Positions 49,604 through 59,165 of a stretch of 64,000 nt of DNA are shown here, one piece after another (positions within the stretch are counted from its first letter, which is position 1; each line of letters starts with the position of its first letter). The notes beneath the pieces are model-generated. The model was given only the letters and a program-made list of their open reading frames with translations. It searched no databases and had not been told where the DNA came from. The DNA is taken from contig OZ220741.1 of NCBI GenBank assembly GCA_965116885.1, positions 768,001 to 832,000 of the forward strand. Direction: 5' to 3'. This DNA comes from Candidatus Latescibacterota bacterium (GTDB lineage Bacteria > Latescibacterota > UBA2968). The translations under genes were made by a program, and so were the position numbers.

Positions 49604-52600
49604 ATGAATCACTGGTGGACGCGCCGACTACAAGTCGGCCTTTTGGGGATTGCGATAATTTTAATTGCTATGTGGGGATGCGGACGCGAGCGCGTAAATC
49701 CAATTGACGCACAATATGAGGGTGAGGGAAGCGTAACTCTGAATGCGCCGGGCAATATTCGCGCCCAGGGCGGTATTGGACGGATCACTTTGAACTGGAA
49801 TCCGGTAAACAGCACCAGCCTTGCGGGATACGGCATATCGCGGTCAACATCGGCTACGGGAGACTACGTGCTGTTACGCGGCGAATCATCTGTCCCCGGC
49901 GCGACGACAGCACGGACGACATTTGTGGATTCAACAATAGATGTTAGTGTATCGAAAATATACTTTTACAAACTCAGCAGCGTAGATGTAGATGGACAAG
50001 CGAGCGAGTTGTCTGCATTTGTAAGCGCAGAAGTCCTCGATGATACGCGCGCACCAGCTATGCCGACAAATCTCGTCGCTATCACCGATGCCGATGGCAA
50101 ACAGGTGACACTGGGCTGGTCAGCACCAGAAACGGATGAGGGCAATCAGGAATTGACCGGCTTGTCCGGGTACAGAATTTTCAGGATCAAAGATTCGCAG
50201 GGCAAACTCCAGATACAGGGATCACAAACAGCTCTGGTTCAACTCGCAACAGAACTGGGCATTGACCTCGATAATCTGGGAGCAATATCCGACGACTTGA
50301 AGGATATTTTCGTCGAACTTGGGACAGTGCCAGCCGGCCAGACTTATTTCCTCGATACCGATGGACTCGAAGCTGGTGTGCTTCACGTTTATGTGGTCAT
50401 CGCTGTTGATCCAGATGGCAACACCGGGCCTCCAGCACTTGCTTTAGTGACCATAAGCGCACCGGGCGCGAACGTACCAGTGCCTGCTGGCTTGCGCGCG
50501 ACGAAAAATGAACAGGCGCGCATTGTCATCTCCTGGAATCCCGTGAACGATCCCAATTTGCTGGGCTATCTGGTCTTGCGGTCACAATCGACACAAGGTC
50601 CCTTCACATCCGTAACAAGTGATACGCTCTTTACCACGGGACAGACGACCTATGTCGATTCGCTCGTCACCACCGATCAAGTGTACTACTACAAAGTTCA
50701 AACCGTTGTGCAAGATCCTCAGCTTGGGCTATTGCGCAGTGATACTTCCACTTTCATTGACGGACAGGCACTTGCCGACCAGAGTGCTCCTGGCGCGCCC
50801 TCAGATCTCATCGTCAGCCTGGACGATGAGAATTTCCAGCGGGTGATGCTGAACTGGACTGCACCTGTAACAGACAGAAATGGCAATGAACTGACCGGAC
50901 TGGCCTCTTTTGAAATCTACCGGTCGCGCGAGAACAATACATCCTTTGCACTGATCGCCACAGTATCGAGCGATCAGGTGAGTTTTGTGGATACTTCTGT
51001 CGAATTGCTCACCACGTATTTCTATGCAATCAGAGCATTGGATCAAGCCGGCAATGCCGGACCCCGGTCTCAGCCGATATCTGTGACCACCAGGGGATTT
51101 GCCATCCCGCGCAACGTGCGGGCAACTTCTGGTGTGCAGAAAATCACCTTGACCTGGACGGCAAACACCGAGCCTGAATTAACGGGATATGAAATCTTGC
51201 GCTTTACAGATCCCACGCACGAAACCCCCGACAAAACCTTCTCTTCTGTACTGACGACGTATGTGGATACCCCTGTCACAGCAGATCAACCCTTTGTCTA
51301 TCGGGTGCGGGCGGTTGGCACCGCCAATGTAAAGAGCGAATTGTCACCCCCCGTCTCTGCACAGGCCACGGAAGCTGCTCCGGTTCTGGCAGCACCGCGC
51401 AATGTGCAGGCAAGGGGTGGGATTGGTCACATTACCATCACCTGGGCGGCAAACACAGAAGCAGAACTGATCGGATATCGCGTGATGCGCTATACAGACC
51501 CGGCACAAACCGAGGCTGAAGCGACCTTTATGACCGTGCAAACGACTTATGTCGATTCACCACTGGTATCGGAACAGACCTATGTGTATCGCGTACAGGC
51601 GCTTGGTACCAACAACGAAGAAAGCGAACGGTCACTATATGCCTCTGCAACGGTCTCAGCCGATCAGAGTCCTCCTGGCGCGCCTTCGGATCTCATCGTC
51701 AGTCTGGACGAGGCGAATTTCCAGCGCGTGACGCTCAGCTGGACGGCTCCCACGAGAGACAGCAATGGCAATGAATTGACCGGATTGACCTCCTTTGAAA
51801 TCTACCGGTCACGCGACAATAATACATCCTTTGCGCTAATCGCCACAGTATCGAGCGATCAGGTGAGTTATGAAGACACATCTGTCGAGTTGTTGACGCG
51901 ATACTTTTATGCGGTCAGAGCATTGGATCAGGCCGACAATGCCGGACCCCGGTCTCAGTCGGTATCTGTGACGACCAAAGGATTTGCTGCACCGCGCAAC
52001 TTGCAGGCGACTGCTGGTGTGCAGCAAATCACCTTGACCTGGGCGGCAAATACCGAGCCGGAATTGACGGGATATGAAATCTTGCGCTTTACAGATCCCA
52101 CACAAGCAACACCTGAGCGAATCTTCTCTTCTGTGTTGACGACGTATGTGGACACCCCTGTCACAGCAGATCACCCCTATGTGTATCGCGTGCGTGCGAT
52201 TGGTCCTTCCAATGTGAAGAGCGAACTATCGGCTCCCGTTTTTGCACAGGCCACTGCGCCAGTTTTGGCAGCCCCGCGCAATGTGCGCGCGACTGCTGGA
52301 ATTGAGTACATTACCATCACCTGGTCTGCCAATACAGAAGCAGAACTGACCGGGTATCGCGTGATGCGCTATACAGACCCGGCACAAACCGAAGCCGAAG
52401 CGACCTTCACAATCGTGCATACGACTTATGTCGATTCGCCGCTGGTAGCAGGACAGACCTATGTCTATCGCGTACAGGCGGTAGGTGTAAACAATACAGA
52501 AAGCGAACTCTCGCTATTTGCCTCTGCAACGGTACTGATCGATGATAGCCCACCTGCTACTCCTGGCAATTTTGCCGCCGTTTTGGCGAGTACCGGCACA

Positions 52601-53161
52601 GCGGTAGAGTTGAGTTGGGATGCCTCCATAAGAGATGCAAATGGCGGTGCTCTGACCGGACTTGTCCGCTATGTGATTTATCGAGACACATCGAATACTG
52701 TGCCGATTGAGCTAACGACCGTAGATGCGGCGCATCAAATGTATATAGATACCGGCCTGGTAAACCGCACGACTTACAGGTATCAGATCTCTGCCATTGA
52801 CCATCGTGGTAATGAGAGTGCGCGATCACCCATCAGGACAGTGACCACATCTGAAACAGATGTCGTGGCACCATCGAACCTGCAGGTTTCTTATAATGGC
52901 GACGTCCCCGAGGTCACTTTGAACTGGAGTTCCCCCGCTGAGTTTGACAGTTTTGTGATTCAACGGGCAGTACTCGCTCCAGGTGCTTCACTTCAAGATT
53001 TAACAGATGCAAATTACACGAATTTGGACATCTCACAACAGACCACTTCTTATAGCGATACAACTATACAAAGTGGTGTCACCTATGTTTACCGGGTCCG
53101 CACAAATCTTGCCGGACGGATCAGCAGTCCTTCCAATATTGTGATTATTGTGGTCCCATAG
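49604..53161 (+). CDS. Multi-fibronectin type III surface lipoprotein
   Basis: Lipobox MWGC; about 11 FN3 modules (P.NL.A...LTW...GY.I.R...YVD...Y.YRV.A). GAGGAG RBS precedes ATG 49604. Confidence 0.88.
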   Translation: MNHWWTRRLQVGLLGIAIILIAMWGCGRERVNPIDAQYEGEGSVTLNAPGNIRAQGGIGRITLNWNPVNSTSLAGYGISRSTSATGDYVLLRGESSVPGATTARTTFVDSTIDVSVSKIYFYKLSSVDVDGQASELSAFVSAEVLDDTRAPAMPTNLVAITDADGKQVTLGWSAPETDEGNQELTGLSGYRIFRIKDSQGKLQIQGSQTALVQLATELGIDLDNLGAISDDLKDIFVELGTVPAGQTYFLDTDGLEAGVLHVYVVIAVDPDGNTGPPALALVTISAPGANVPVPAGLRATKNEQARIVISWNPVNDPNLLGYLVLRSQSTQGPFTSVTSDTLFTTGQTTYVDSLVTTDQVYYYKVQTVVQDPQLGLLRSDTSTFIDGQALADQSAPGAPSDLIVSLDDENFQRVMLNWTAPVTDRNGNELTGLASFEIYRSRENNTSFALIATVSSDQVSFVDTSVELLTTYFYAIRALDQAGNAGPRSQPISVTTRGFAIPRNVRATSGVQKITLTWTANTEPELTGYEILRFTDPTHETPDKTFSSVLTTYVDTPVTADQPFVYRVRAVGTANVKSELSPPVSAQATEAAPVLAAPRNVQARGGIGHITITWAANTEAELIGYRVMRYTDPAQTEAEATFMTVQTTYVDSPLVSEQTYVYRVQALGTNNEESERSLYASATVSADQSPPGAPSDLIVSLDEANFQRVTLSWTAPTRDSNGNELTGLTSFEIYRSRDNNTSFALIATVSSDQVSYEDTSVELLTRYFYAVRALDQADNAGPRSQSVSVTTKGFAAPRNLQATAGVQQITLTWAANTEPELTGYEILRFTDPTQATPERIFSSVLTTYVDTPVTADHPYVYRVRAIGPSNVKSELSAPVFAQATAPVLAAPRNVRATAGIEYITITWSANTEAELTGYRVMRYTDPAQTEAEATFTIVHTTYVDSPLVAGQTYVYRVQAVGVNNTESELSLFASATVLIDDSPPATPGNFAAVLASTGTAVELSWDASIRDANGGALTGLVRYVIYRDTSNTVPIELTTVDAAHQMYIDTGLVNRTTYRYQISAIDHRGNESARSPIRTVTTSETDVVAPSNLQVSYNGDVPEVTLNWSSPAEFDSFVIQRAVLAPGASLQDLTDANYTNLDISQQTTSYSDTTIQSGVTYVYRVRTNLAGRISSPSNIVIIVVP
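50774..52537 (+). repeat. Internal tandem duplication of three FN3 domains (about 885 bp)
   Basis: 50774-51658 versus 51659-52537 are clearly similar at DNA level, with a 6-bp indel (ATEAAPVL/ATAPVL). Confidence 0.9.
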
Positions 53162-53177
53162 AAACCCGCGAGAAAGG

Positions 53178-53218
53178 AAAAAAATGGCGTTCTTCTTTTG
53201 AAGGACGCCATTTTCTTT
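53178..53218. terminator. Rho-independent terminator after the FN3 gene, possibly bidirectional
   Basis: AAAATGGCGTTCTTC-tttt-GAAGGACGCCATTTT followed by CTTT, with an A run upstream. Confidence 0.7.
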
Positions 53219-53297
53219 ATAAATAGGCGTCAACTGTCGCCTTTTATGCGTCAGATATCAAAGTTAAGAATTTTCATAATCTCTTTAACCAATTTAT

Positions 53298-53342
53298 TAT
53301 CAACATGTTATAAATCTCATCACCTCTGGCACAGATTGTGCA
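53298..53342 (+). promoter_or_regulatory. Sigma54 (-24/-12) promoter with upstream IHF site
   Basis: CTGGCACAGATTGTGCA (GG-N10-GC, 53326-53342). TATCAACATGTTA (53298-53310) matches WATCAANNNNTTR. Confidence 0.7.
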
Positions 53343-53384
53343 TGATGTCTCTTGTAAAACAACTCACTACATATTGGAGGTTTT

Positions 53385-54734
53385 ATGGGAGACATACTGA
53401 TTGTTGATGGAAACCCGCAACGCGCAATGCAATTGGCGCAACTGGCAGAAGAACTCGGCGCAAACGCGCGCACAGCGAGTTCCTTTTTTCACTGCTTGAA
53501 ACGCATTGAAGAAAAAATTCCCGATCTCGCCCTTGTCGCTGAAACCCTCCCCGATGGACGGGGATTAAAGCTACTTCCCGTATTTGATGGCCTGTGTCCC
53601 GTCGTAATTATCGGTGAATATATGGCATCTGATAGAATACTCGAGGCTCTGTCGTCGGGAGCGCGCGATTTTCTCGTACACCCCATTGACCGTCAGACGC
53701 TGGATATTCTGATCTCTCAATTGCAGGGTGAGGGCAAAATCGCACTGCACTATCTGTCTCAGAATCCCGGGGGTGAGTCGCCGACGGGAATGGTAATTGG
53801 ATCGTGTCCAGACATGTTATTTGCACTCAAGCGCGCGGGCCTGGCAGCGCGAACATCAGCAACGGTCCTGATCTATGGTGAAAGTGGAACTGGAAAAGAG
53901 TTAATGGCGCGAGAAATCCATCGGGCATCGGGACGGGTGGGTGCATTTGTAGCACTCAATTGTGCTGCAATAGCAGAAAATATTGCCGAAAGTGAACTCT
54001 TTGGGCATGAGCGAGGTGCTTTTACCGGTGCCATAACCCGTCGGGCAGGGTGTTTTGAACAAGCCGATGGTGGCACGCTTTTTCTCGACGAAATTGGCGA
54101 GGCTTCGCCTGCATTTCAAGCCAAGCTATTGCGGGTATTAGACCGCGGTGAATTTGTCAGAGTTGGCGGGCAATCCCCCATACAAACGCAGGTTCGGATC
54201 ATTGCTGCCACCAACCGCGACCTCGATTCCATGATCGAGCAAGACAAATTTCGCCTGGATTTGTTTTACAGGCTCAGCGCCGTGACCATAGCCCTCCCCC
54301 CACTGCGAGAGCGCAGCGAAGATATTCCACACATTGTTCAAGCAATGCTAACGCGATTGAAAACCGATACCGGCGTGGAGGTCCGGGGGGTATCTGAAGC
54401 GGCAGTTGCATATCTGGCGGGATGTGAATGGCCGGGCAATTTAAGGGAATTGCAACACGCCATTTACCGCGCAGCCCTGGCCTGTCAAAAAGGGGTAATT
54501 CGACCTGAACATCTCGATGTACTCAAATCTACACAGTCCAGCGCACAGGACAAAGTTGAAACCCTGGATGAAATCGAGCAGGCGCATATTGAACGGGTAC
54601 TACTCACTACCGGTGGCAATCAGGGACGAGCCTGTGAGTTGCTCGGAATATCCAGACCGACGTTGAGACGAAAAATACGCCGATACGCGCTTGAAAGAGT
54701 GAAAAACGGACAGGTGAGTTCAACCTTGACTTGA
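53385..54734 (+). CDS. Sigma54-dependent activator (NtrC family) with degenerate receiver domain
   Basis: GESGTGKE, SELFGHERGAFTGA, LFLDEIG, WPGNLREL, Fis-type HTH. Confidence 0.9.
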   Translation: MGDILIVDGNPQRAMQLAQLAEELGANARTASSFFHCLKRIEEKIPDLALVAETLPDGRGLKLLPVFDGLCPVVIIGEYMASDRILEALSSGARDFLVHPIDRQTLDILISQLQGEGKIALHYLSQNPGGESPTGMVIGSCPDMLFALKRAGLAARTSATVLIYGESGTGKELMAREIHRASGRVGAFVALNCAAIAENIAESELFGHERGAFTGAITRRAGCFEQADGGTLFLDEIGEASPAFQAKLLRVLDRGEFVRVGGQSPIQTQVRIIAATNRDLDSMIEQDKFRLDLFYRLSAVTIALPPLRERSEDIPHIVQAMLTRLKTDTGVEVRGVSEAAVAYLAGCEWPGNLRELQHAIYRAALACQKGVIRPEHLDVLKSTQSSAQDKVETLDEIEQAHIERVLLTTGGNQGRACELLGISRPTLRRKIRRYALERVKNGQVSSTLT

Positions 54735-54754
54735 GAAAAGGTACAACCCATACT
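54726..54754 (+). promoter_or_regulatory. Possible sigma70 promoter for thrC
   Basis: TTGACT-N17-CATACT. Confidence 0.35.
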
Positions 54755-54790
54755 ATGACGAGTTTTTAATTTTTTTATAGAGAGGTATTT

Positions 54791-55957
54791 ATGGGATTTC
54801 TCATTGATCTGGTCTGTACAAAAACGGACAAAGCGTATTCAAAAGACCTCCTCTGGAATTTGAGTCCAGAGGCAGAGGCGCCGTTATTTGCCCGATATGA
54901 CCTCGATGCGGTTGCAAAAGCTATGCGCCGGGAAAAACTCGCAGAACGAGTACCGACAATGTGGCGTTATGCCGAAGTTTTACCCGTCGAAAACGAGCAA
55001 TTTCAGGTAAGTCTCGGCGAAGGATTTACCCCCTTGTTGCAAGCAACATCGTTGGGGCGAAAAATTGGCGTGCCAAAGCTGTACATCAAAGACGAAGGCT
55101 TAAATCCAACGGGATCATTTAAAGCGCGAGGCATGTCAGCGGCAATTTCGAGAGCTGCGGAATTGGGTGCTCGGGCCATTGCCATCCCCTCGGCTGGCAA
55201 TGCAGGTGGCGCAACAGCCGCTTATGCTGCGCGAGCGGGCTTGCCAGCGCATATTTTTATGCCTAAAGATGTGCCACAGGCCAATTATATCGAATGTAAG
55301 GTCTTGGGCGCAAATGTCGAATTGATAGACGGTCTGATTTCCGATTGCGGAAAAATTGTGGCATCGCGCAAAGAAGCCGAGGGATGGTTCGATATCTCGA
55401 CACTCAAAGAGCCATACCGCGTGGAAGGCAAAAAAACGATGGGCTATGAATTGGCCGAACAATTTGATTGGGAATTGCCAGAAGTCGTCATCTATCCAAC
55501 CGGAGGTGGCACGGGACTGATAGGCATGTGGAAGGCATTTGACGAAATGGAACAAATGGGATGGATTGGCTCAGAACGCCCCCGCATGATATCCGTACAA
55601 GCCGAGGGATGCGCACCCATTGTTCGAGCTTATAGCGCAGGAGAAGAACACGCCGAACCGTGGGCCGATGCAGAAACAATCGCCGCAGGTCTGCGCGTTC
55701 CCGCTGCCGTAGGCGATTTTTTAATGCTAAAAGCCATCCGCGACAGCGGTGGATGCGCGCTCTCCGTCACAGATGAAGAACTGATGGCATCCGCATCAAA
55801 AATGGCTGCTGCCGTGGGTTCATTTCCCGCACCCGAAGGCGCAGCTACCCTCTCTGCCCTCGAAAAACTCATAGCACAAAACCTGGTTAGCGAGCGCGAG
55901 CGCGTCGTATTATTCAACACGGGAACAGGCTTAAAATACATCGAACTATTTGAGTGA
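54791..55957 (+). CDS. thrC: Threonine synthase (PLP fold type II)
   Basis: SLGEGFTPL, KDEGLNPTGSFKARG, SAGNAG, EGKKTMGYE, YPTGGGTG. Confidence 0.85.
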   Translation: MGFLIDLVCTKTDKAYSKDLLWNLSPEAEAPLFARYDLDAVAKAMRREKLAERVPTMWRYAEVLPVENEQFQVSLGEGFTPLLQATSLGRKIGVPKLYIKDEGLNPTGSFKARGMSAAISRAAELGARAIAIPSAGNAGGATAAYAARAGLPAHIFMPKDVPQANYIECKVLGANVELIDGLISDCGKIVASRKEAEGWFDISTLKEPYRVEGKKTMGYELAEQFDWELPEVVIYPTGGGTGLIGMWKAFDEMEQMGWIGSERPRMISVQAEGCAPIVRAYSAGEEHAEPWADAETIAAGLRVPAAVGDFLMLKAIRDSGGCALSVTDEELMASASKMAAAVGSFPAPEGAATLSALEKLIAQNLVSERERVVLFNTGTGLKYIELFE

Positions 55958-57259
55958 AATCGCATCTGCAGCCGCGTACCCGCTTCTGACAGCACCTTCG
56001 ATAGTAGGTGGCAATCCAGTGTCAGTCCAATCGCCCGCGAGAAACAAACGGGGATGTGGCGTCTGAGTCTCGGGCACTGCATAAGAAAGTGGCAACGCGC
56101 AAGTCGCCGCGTGTTCGCATATCACTTTGGCGTGTAATACCTCGGCACGCCTACTTTCGGGAAAGACCTGATGGAGTTCTCTACAAGCCATGTCAATGAG
56201 TTCTTCATGTGACATGTGTAAAAGATGATGCGCCGCACTTGCGACCATAGTGAGAAAACCCTCAGAAGCGCGGTCATGGTCGCCATAGAGCACAGGCTTA
56301 TTAAAAACCCATTCCATTGTCGTGCCGAGCAAACCGCACATAGGTTCACGCATAATGGACCGATCAAACCATAAGTTGACGGAAAAAATCGGCGATGGCT
56401 CGTATTGACAAAGCGTGTGATGGAGTTCGGCAAAGGTTTTCGCACAAATCATTCTCGCGAGTTGTAGTGGGGGAACCGCCGCAATACACATATCTGTATC
56501 TATCACATCTCCCGAGCGGGTATGAATGCGAACGCCAGAGGAAGCTGGCACAATAGATGTCACAGCTTTTCCGCACAGGACCTCGCCATCCCGTTTTGAG
56601 ATATATTCCCGTGCGCGATTGGCAAACAAACCGCTCAGACCCGTCCGCGCATATCCCAAACGCGCGCCATCTGATTCGCCCCAAAAAGCTTCTCGCAGCA
56701 CGGCTTGAAGATATCGCGCACTGGCATTTTTCGGTCGCTGGTTGAGGGCCGCAATGCAAAGCGGATCCCAGAAAGCCCTCCGCATACGCGGCTTCTGACC
56801 GCACTGCTTGAGCCAGGCATCCACCGTGAGACGGGTATCGAGATCCTGGTGCAACTCCGCCACAATTTTTCTCAACGATGGGATATCTGTCCAGTGAACC
56901 GCGCCAAATCGCAAAAAGCCCGATAGCAAATTTAGCGGCACGGGCAAAAAGGATGGAAACCTCAATGTGTACGCGCCATCAACAGCGTGACGAAAGTCTA
57001 TCCTGAACTGAGGTTGAAACACCACATCATCGCGCGCACCAATCCGCTCGAGAAAATCGAGCGTCTCCCGATAGCACTTCATCAACAGATGCTGCCCATT
57101 ATCAACAGTATCGCCCGTAACGGGATCTGTATAAGAAAAGGTGCGCCCCCCCAGTTGCTGCCGCCGCTCCAAAAGCGTGACGGAATATCCCGCATCGCAA
57201 AGGCGGACACCCGCTGCAAGACCAGCAAATCCCCCCCCGATTATGATAACGCGTTTCAC
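55946..57259 (-). CDS. hpnE: Hydroxysqualene dehydroxylase
   Basis: IIGGGFAGLAAG, LGGRTFS, VDNGQH, LAGDWTDTGLPPTIEGAVRSG; follows hpnC and hpnD. GTG start at 57259. Confidence 0.88.
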   Translation of the reverse strand: MKRVIIIGGGFAGLAAGVRLCDAGYSVTLLERRQQLGGRTFSYTDPVTGDTVDNGQHLLMKCYRETLDFLERIGARDDVVFQPQFRIDFRHAVDGAYTLRFPSFLPVPLNLLSGFLRFGAVHWTDIPSLRKIVAELHQDLDTRLTVDAWLKQCGQKPRMRRAFWDPLCIAALNQRPKNASARYLQAVLREAFWGESDGARLGYARTGLSGLFANRAREYISKRDGEVLCGKAVTSIVPASSGVRIHTRSGDVIDTDMCIAAVPPLQLARMICAKTFAELHHTLCQYEPSPIFSVNLWFDRSIMREPMCGLLGTTMEWVFNKPVLYGDHDRASEGFLTMVASAAHHLLHMSHEELIDMACRELHQVFPESRRAEVLHAKVICEHAATCALPLSYAVPETQTPHPRLFLAGDWTDTGLPPTIEGAVRSGYAAADAISLK

Positions 57260-57260
57260 A

Positions 57261-58109
57261 TTACCCCCAGGCGAAACGACTGCCCAGCCAATAGCGCAGT
57301 GCAATGCCCAGTTTGTGCAAATTGTTGAGGCGAACAGACGTGCCAAAAACATCGTAGTTGGCGCGCTGGATCTTCACGAGCAACTGGGCATAAATTTTGC
57401 CCATAATCTGTGCCGAAAACATGGCTGTTTGGTCCTCGGCGGGAAGCAATTCTTCTGCTTTTTGATAATAGTCCCATGCGCGTTGCGCTTGAAACCGCAT
57501 CAAATCGACAAACGCGGCATTATAATCTCCCCGAGCAAGAGCCTCTTCCGGATATCCAAACCGCACCATCTCTTCCCCCGGAAGATAAATACGGTCCTGT
57601 TGCCAATCCGTATGCACATCTCGCAAAATATTAGTCAGTTGAAGCGCGAGACCCAGATTGACGGCATATTCGCGGGTCTGCGAATTGCGGTACCCAAAAA
57701 TTTCAATACAAATTAACCCCACAACCGATGCGACCCGATAGCAGTATTCGCGCAACTCGTCAAACGTCGCATACCGATTCTTAGTCAAATCCATCTCCAC
57801 GCCCTCAATAAGCGCCAGAAAATGCGCTTTGGGAATGGGAAAATCTCGCAAAACGCCCTGCAGATTCTGCGCAATTGGATGCGTAGCACTGCCCTCATAA
57901 CAGGCGTGGAGTTGCTCACGCCATGCCTCAAGGCGGCACCCCGCCTCTTCTGGCGAAGCCGCATCATCCACAATATCATCGGTATGTCGGCTAAACGCAT
58001 AAGCCGAAAAAATGGCCTCGCGTTTTTTGCGCGGCAAAAAAACAAAGGCATAAAAAAAATTCGTTTGGGCACCTCGCACAATTTTGGCAACGTGTCTTTT
58101 GAGGTTCAT
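57261..58109 (-). CDS. hpnD: Presqualene diphosphate synthase
   Basis: NFFYAF, YAFSRHTDDIVD, YCYRVASVVG, ALQLTNILRDV. ATGA overlap with hpnC. Confidence 0.88.
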   Translation of the reverse strand: MNLKRHVAKIVRGAQTNFFYAFVFLPRKKREAIFSAYAFSRHTDDIVDDAASPEEAGCRLEAWREQLHACYEGSATHPIAQNLQGVLRDFPIPKAHFLALIEGVEMDLTKNRYATFDELREYCYRVASVVGLICIEIFGYRNSQTREYAVNLGLALQLTNILRDVHTDWQQDRIYLPGEEMVRFGYPEEALARGDYNAAFVDLMRFQAQRAWDYYQKAEELLPAEDQTAMFSAQIMGKIYAQLLVKIQRANYDVFGTSVRLNNLHKLGIALRYWLGSRFAWG

Positions 58110-58990
58110 GATCCAAAGCCTCGAAAAAAAAGCATCTTGAACAAAAGCATGGGTAAATCGCGTTTTGTAACCGTAGGCCGTCGATGAAAAATATCGCAAT
58201 CGCTATCGCGAATCTTTTTTAGAATATGCATCCCGCCCAAACAGGTCAACCGCAGTTCAAAGCGCAACCGTCCCTTCACCATATCCAGCAGGGGATAACC
58301 CTGCACAAAGAGATCCCGCGTACTGTTGATAAGATGATCCATAAGCTCGCAAAATTGCGGCGTAACGCGCTGATCGCGCAGATCTGAAATCCCCACGCCA
58401 AACCGTTTGAGATCCTCCTGCGGGAGATAAATGCGCCCACGCGAAAAATCAATCGCAATATCCTGCCAGAAATTGGCGAGTTGCAACGCACTACATATCG
58501 CGTCGGAATGCCGCGCATAGTGCTCGCCGCGATACCCAAACAGATGGAGAATAAGCCGCCCAACGGGATTCGCAGAAAAGGTACAATACGCCAGCAAATC
58601 CTCATAAGCCCGATGGCGATTGGTCGTCACATCCATGCGAAAAGCCGTGAGCAAATCCCTGAGCAATTGCACGGGTAAATCGCGCGTGCGAATCGTCTCT
58701 GCAAGCGCCGTAAATATCGGACCAACCGGGTCTGAAAGACACGCATCGAGCCGCGCTTCCCACTCCGCCAGATGACCGAGCCGCTCCTGTGCCGTCAAAC
58801 CCGGCTCATCGGCAAAATCATCCGCCGTACGCGCAAACGCATAGATACTATACACATGGGGCCGAACGCGTTTTGGAATAAGCACCGAGCCAACCGGAAA
58901 ATTCTCATAATGCGCGCGGGTGAGTGCCTCGCAATGGGCATAAGCCTCTGCAATCGCAATCCCGCGGGTATTGTGTGCAGTCTGTGACAT
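58106..58990 (-). CDS. hpnC: Squalene synthase HpnC
   Basis: HYENFPVGS, YAFARTADDFADE, YCTFSANPVGR, LQLANFWQD. Start ATG 58990. Confidence 0.9.
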   Translation of the reverse strand: MSQTAHNTRGIAIAEAYAHCEALTRAHYENFPVGSVLIPKRVRPHVYSIYAFARTADDFADEPGLTAQERLGHLAEWEARLDACLSDPVGPIFTALAETIRTRDLPVQLLRDLLTAFRMDVTTNRHRAYEDLLAYCTFSANPVGRLILHLFGYRGEHYARHSDAICSALQLANFWQDIAIDFSRGRIYLPQEDLKRFGVGISDLRDQRVTPQFCELMDHLINSTRDLFVQGYPLLDMVKGRLRFELRLTCLGGMHILKKIRDSDCDIFHRRPTVTKRDLPMLLFKMLFFRGFGS

Positions 58991-59097
58991 AAGATGAAGA
59001 TACGACAGGGGGGTGGGAAAATCAATATATTGACTTTCGGGTGTGTATCCTTGCATTTTACAGCGTGCGTGTGTATCTTTGCCCGCGCACAATAAAA

Positions 59098-59125
59098 CGG
59101 GACGGCACAGGGGCCGTCCCCTACA
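59098..59125. repeat. GTAG-type REP palindrome
   Basis: CGGGACGGCACAGGGGCCGTCCCCTACA, reverse complement of 7844-7870. Confidence 0.8.
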
Positions 59126-59165
59126 ACACCATGCCGCAATGACAACTAAAACAAAGGAAAAAATA

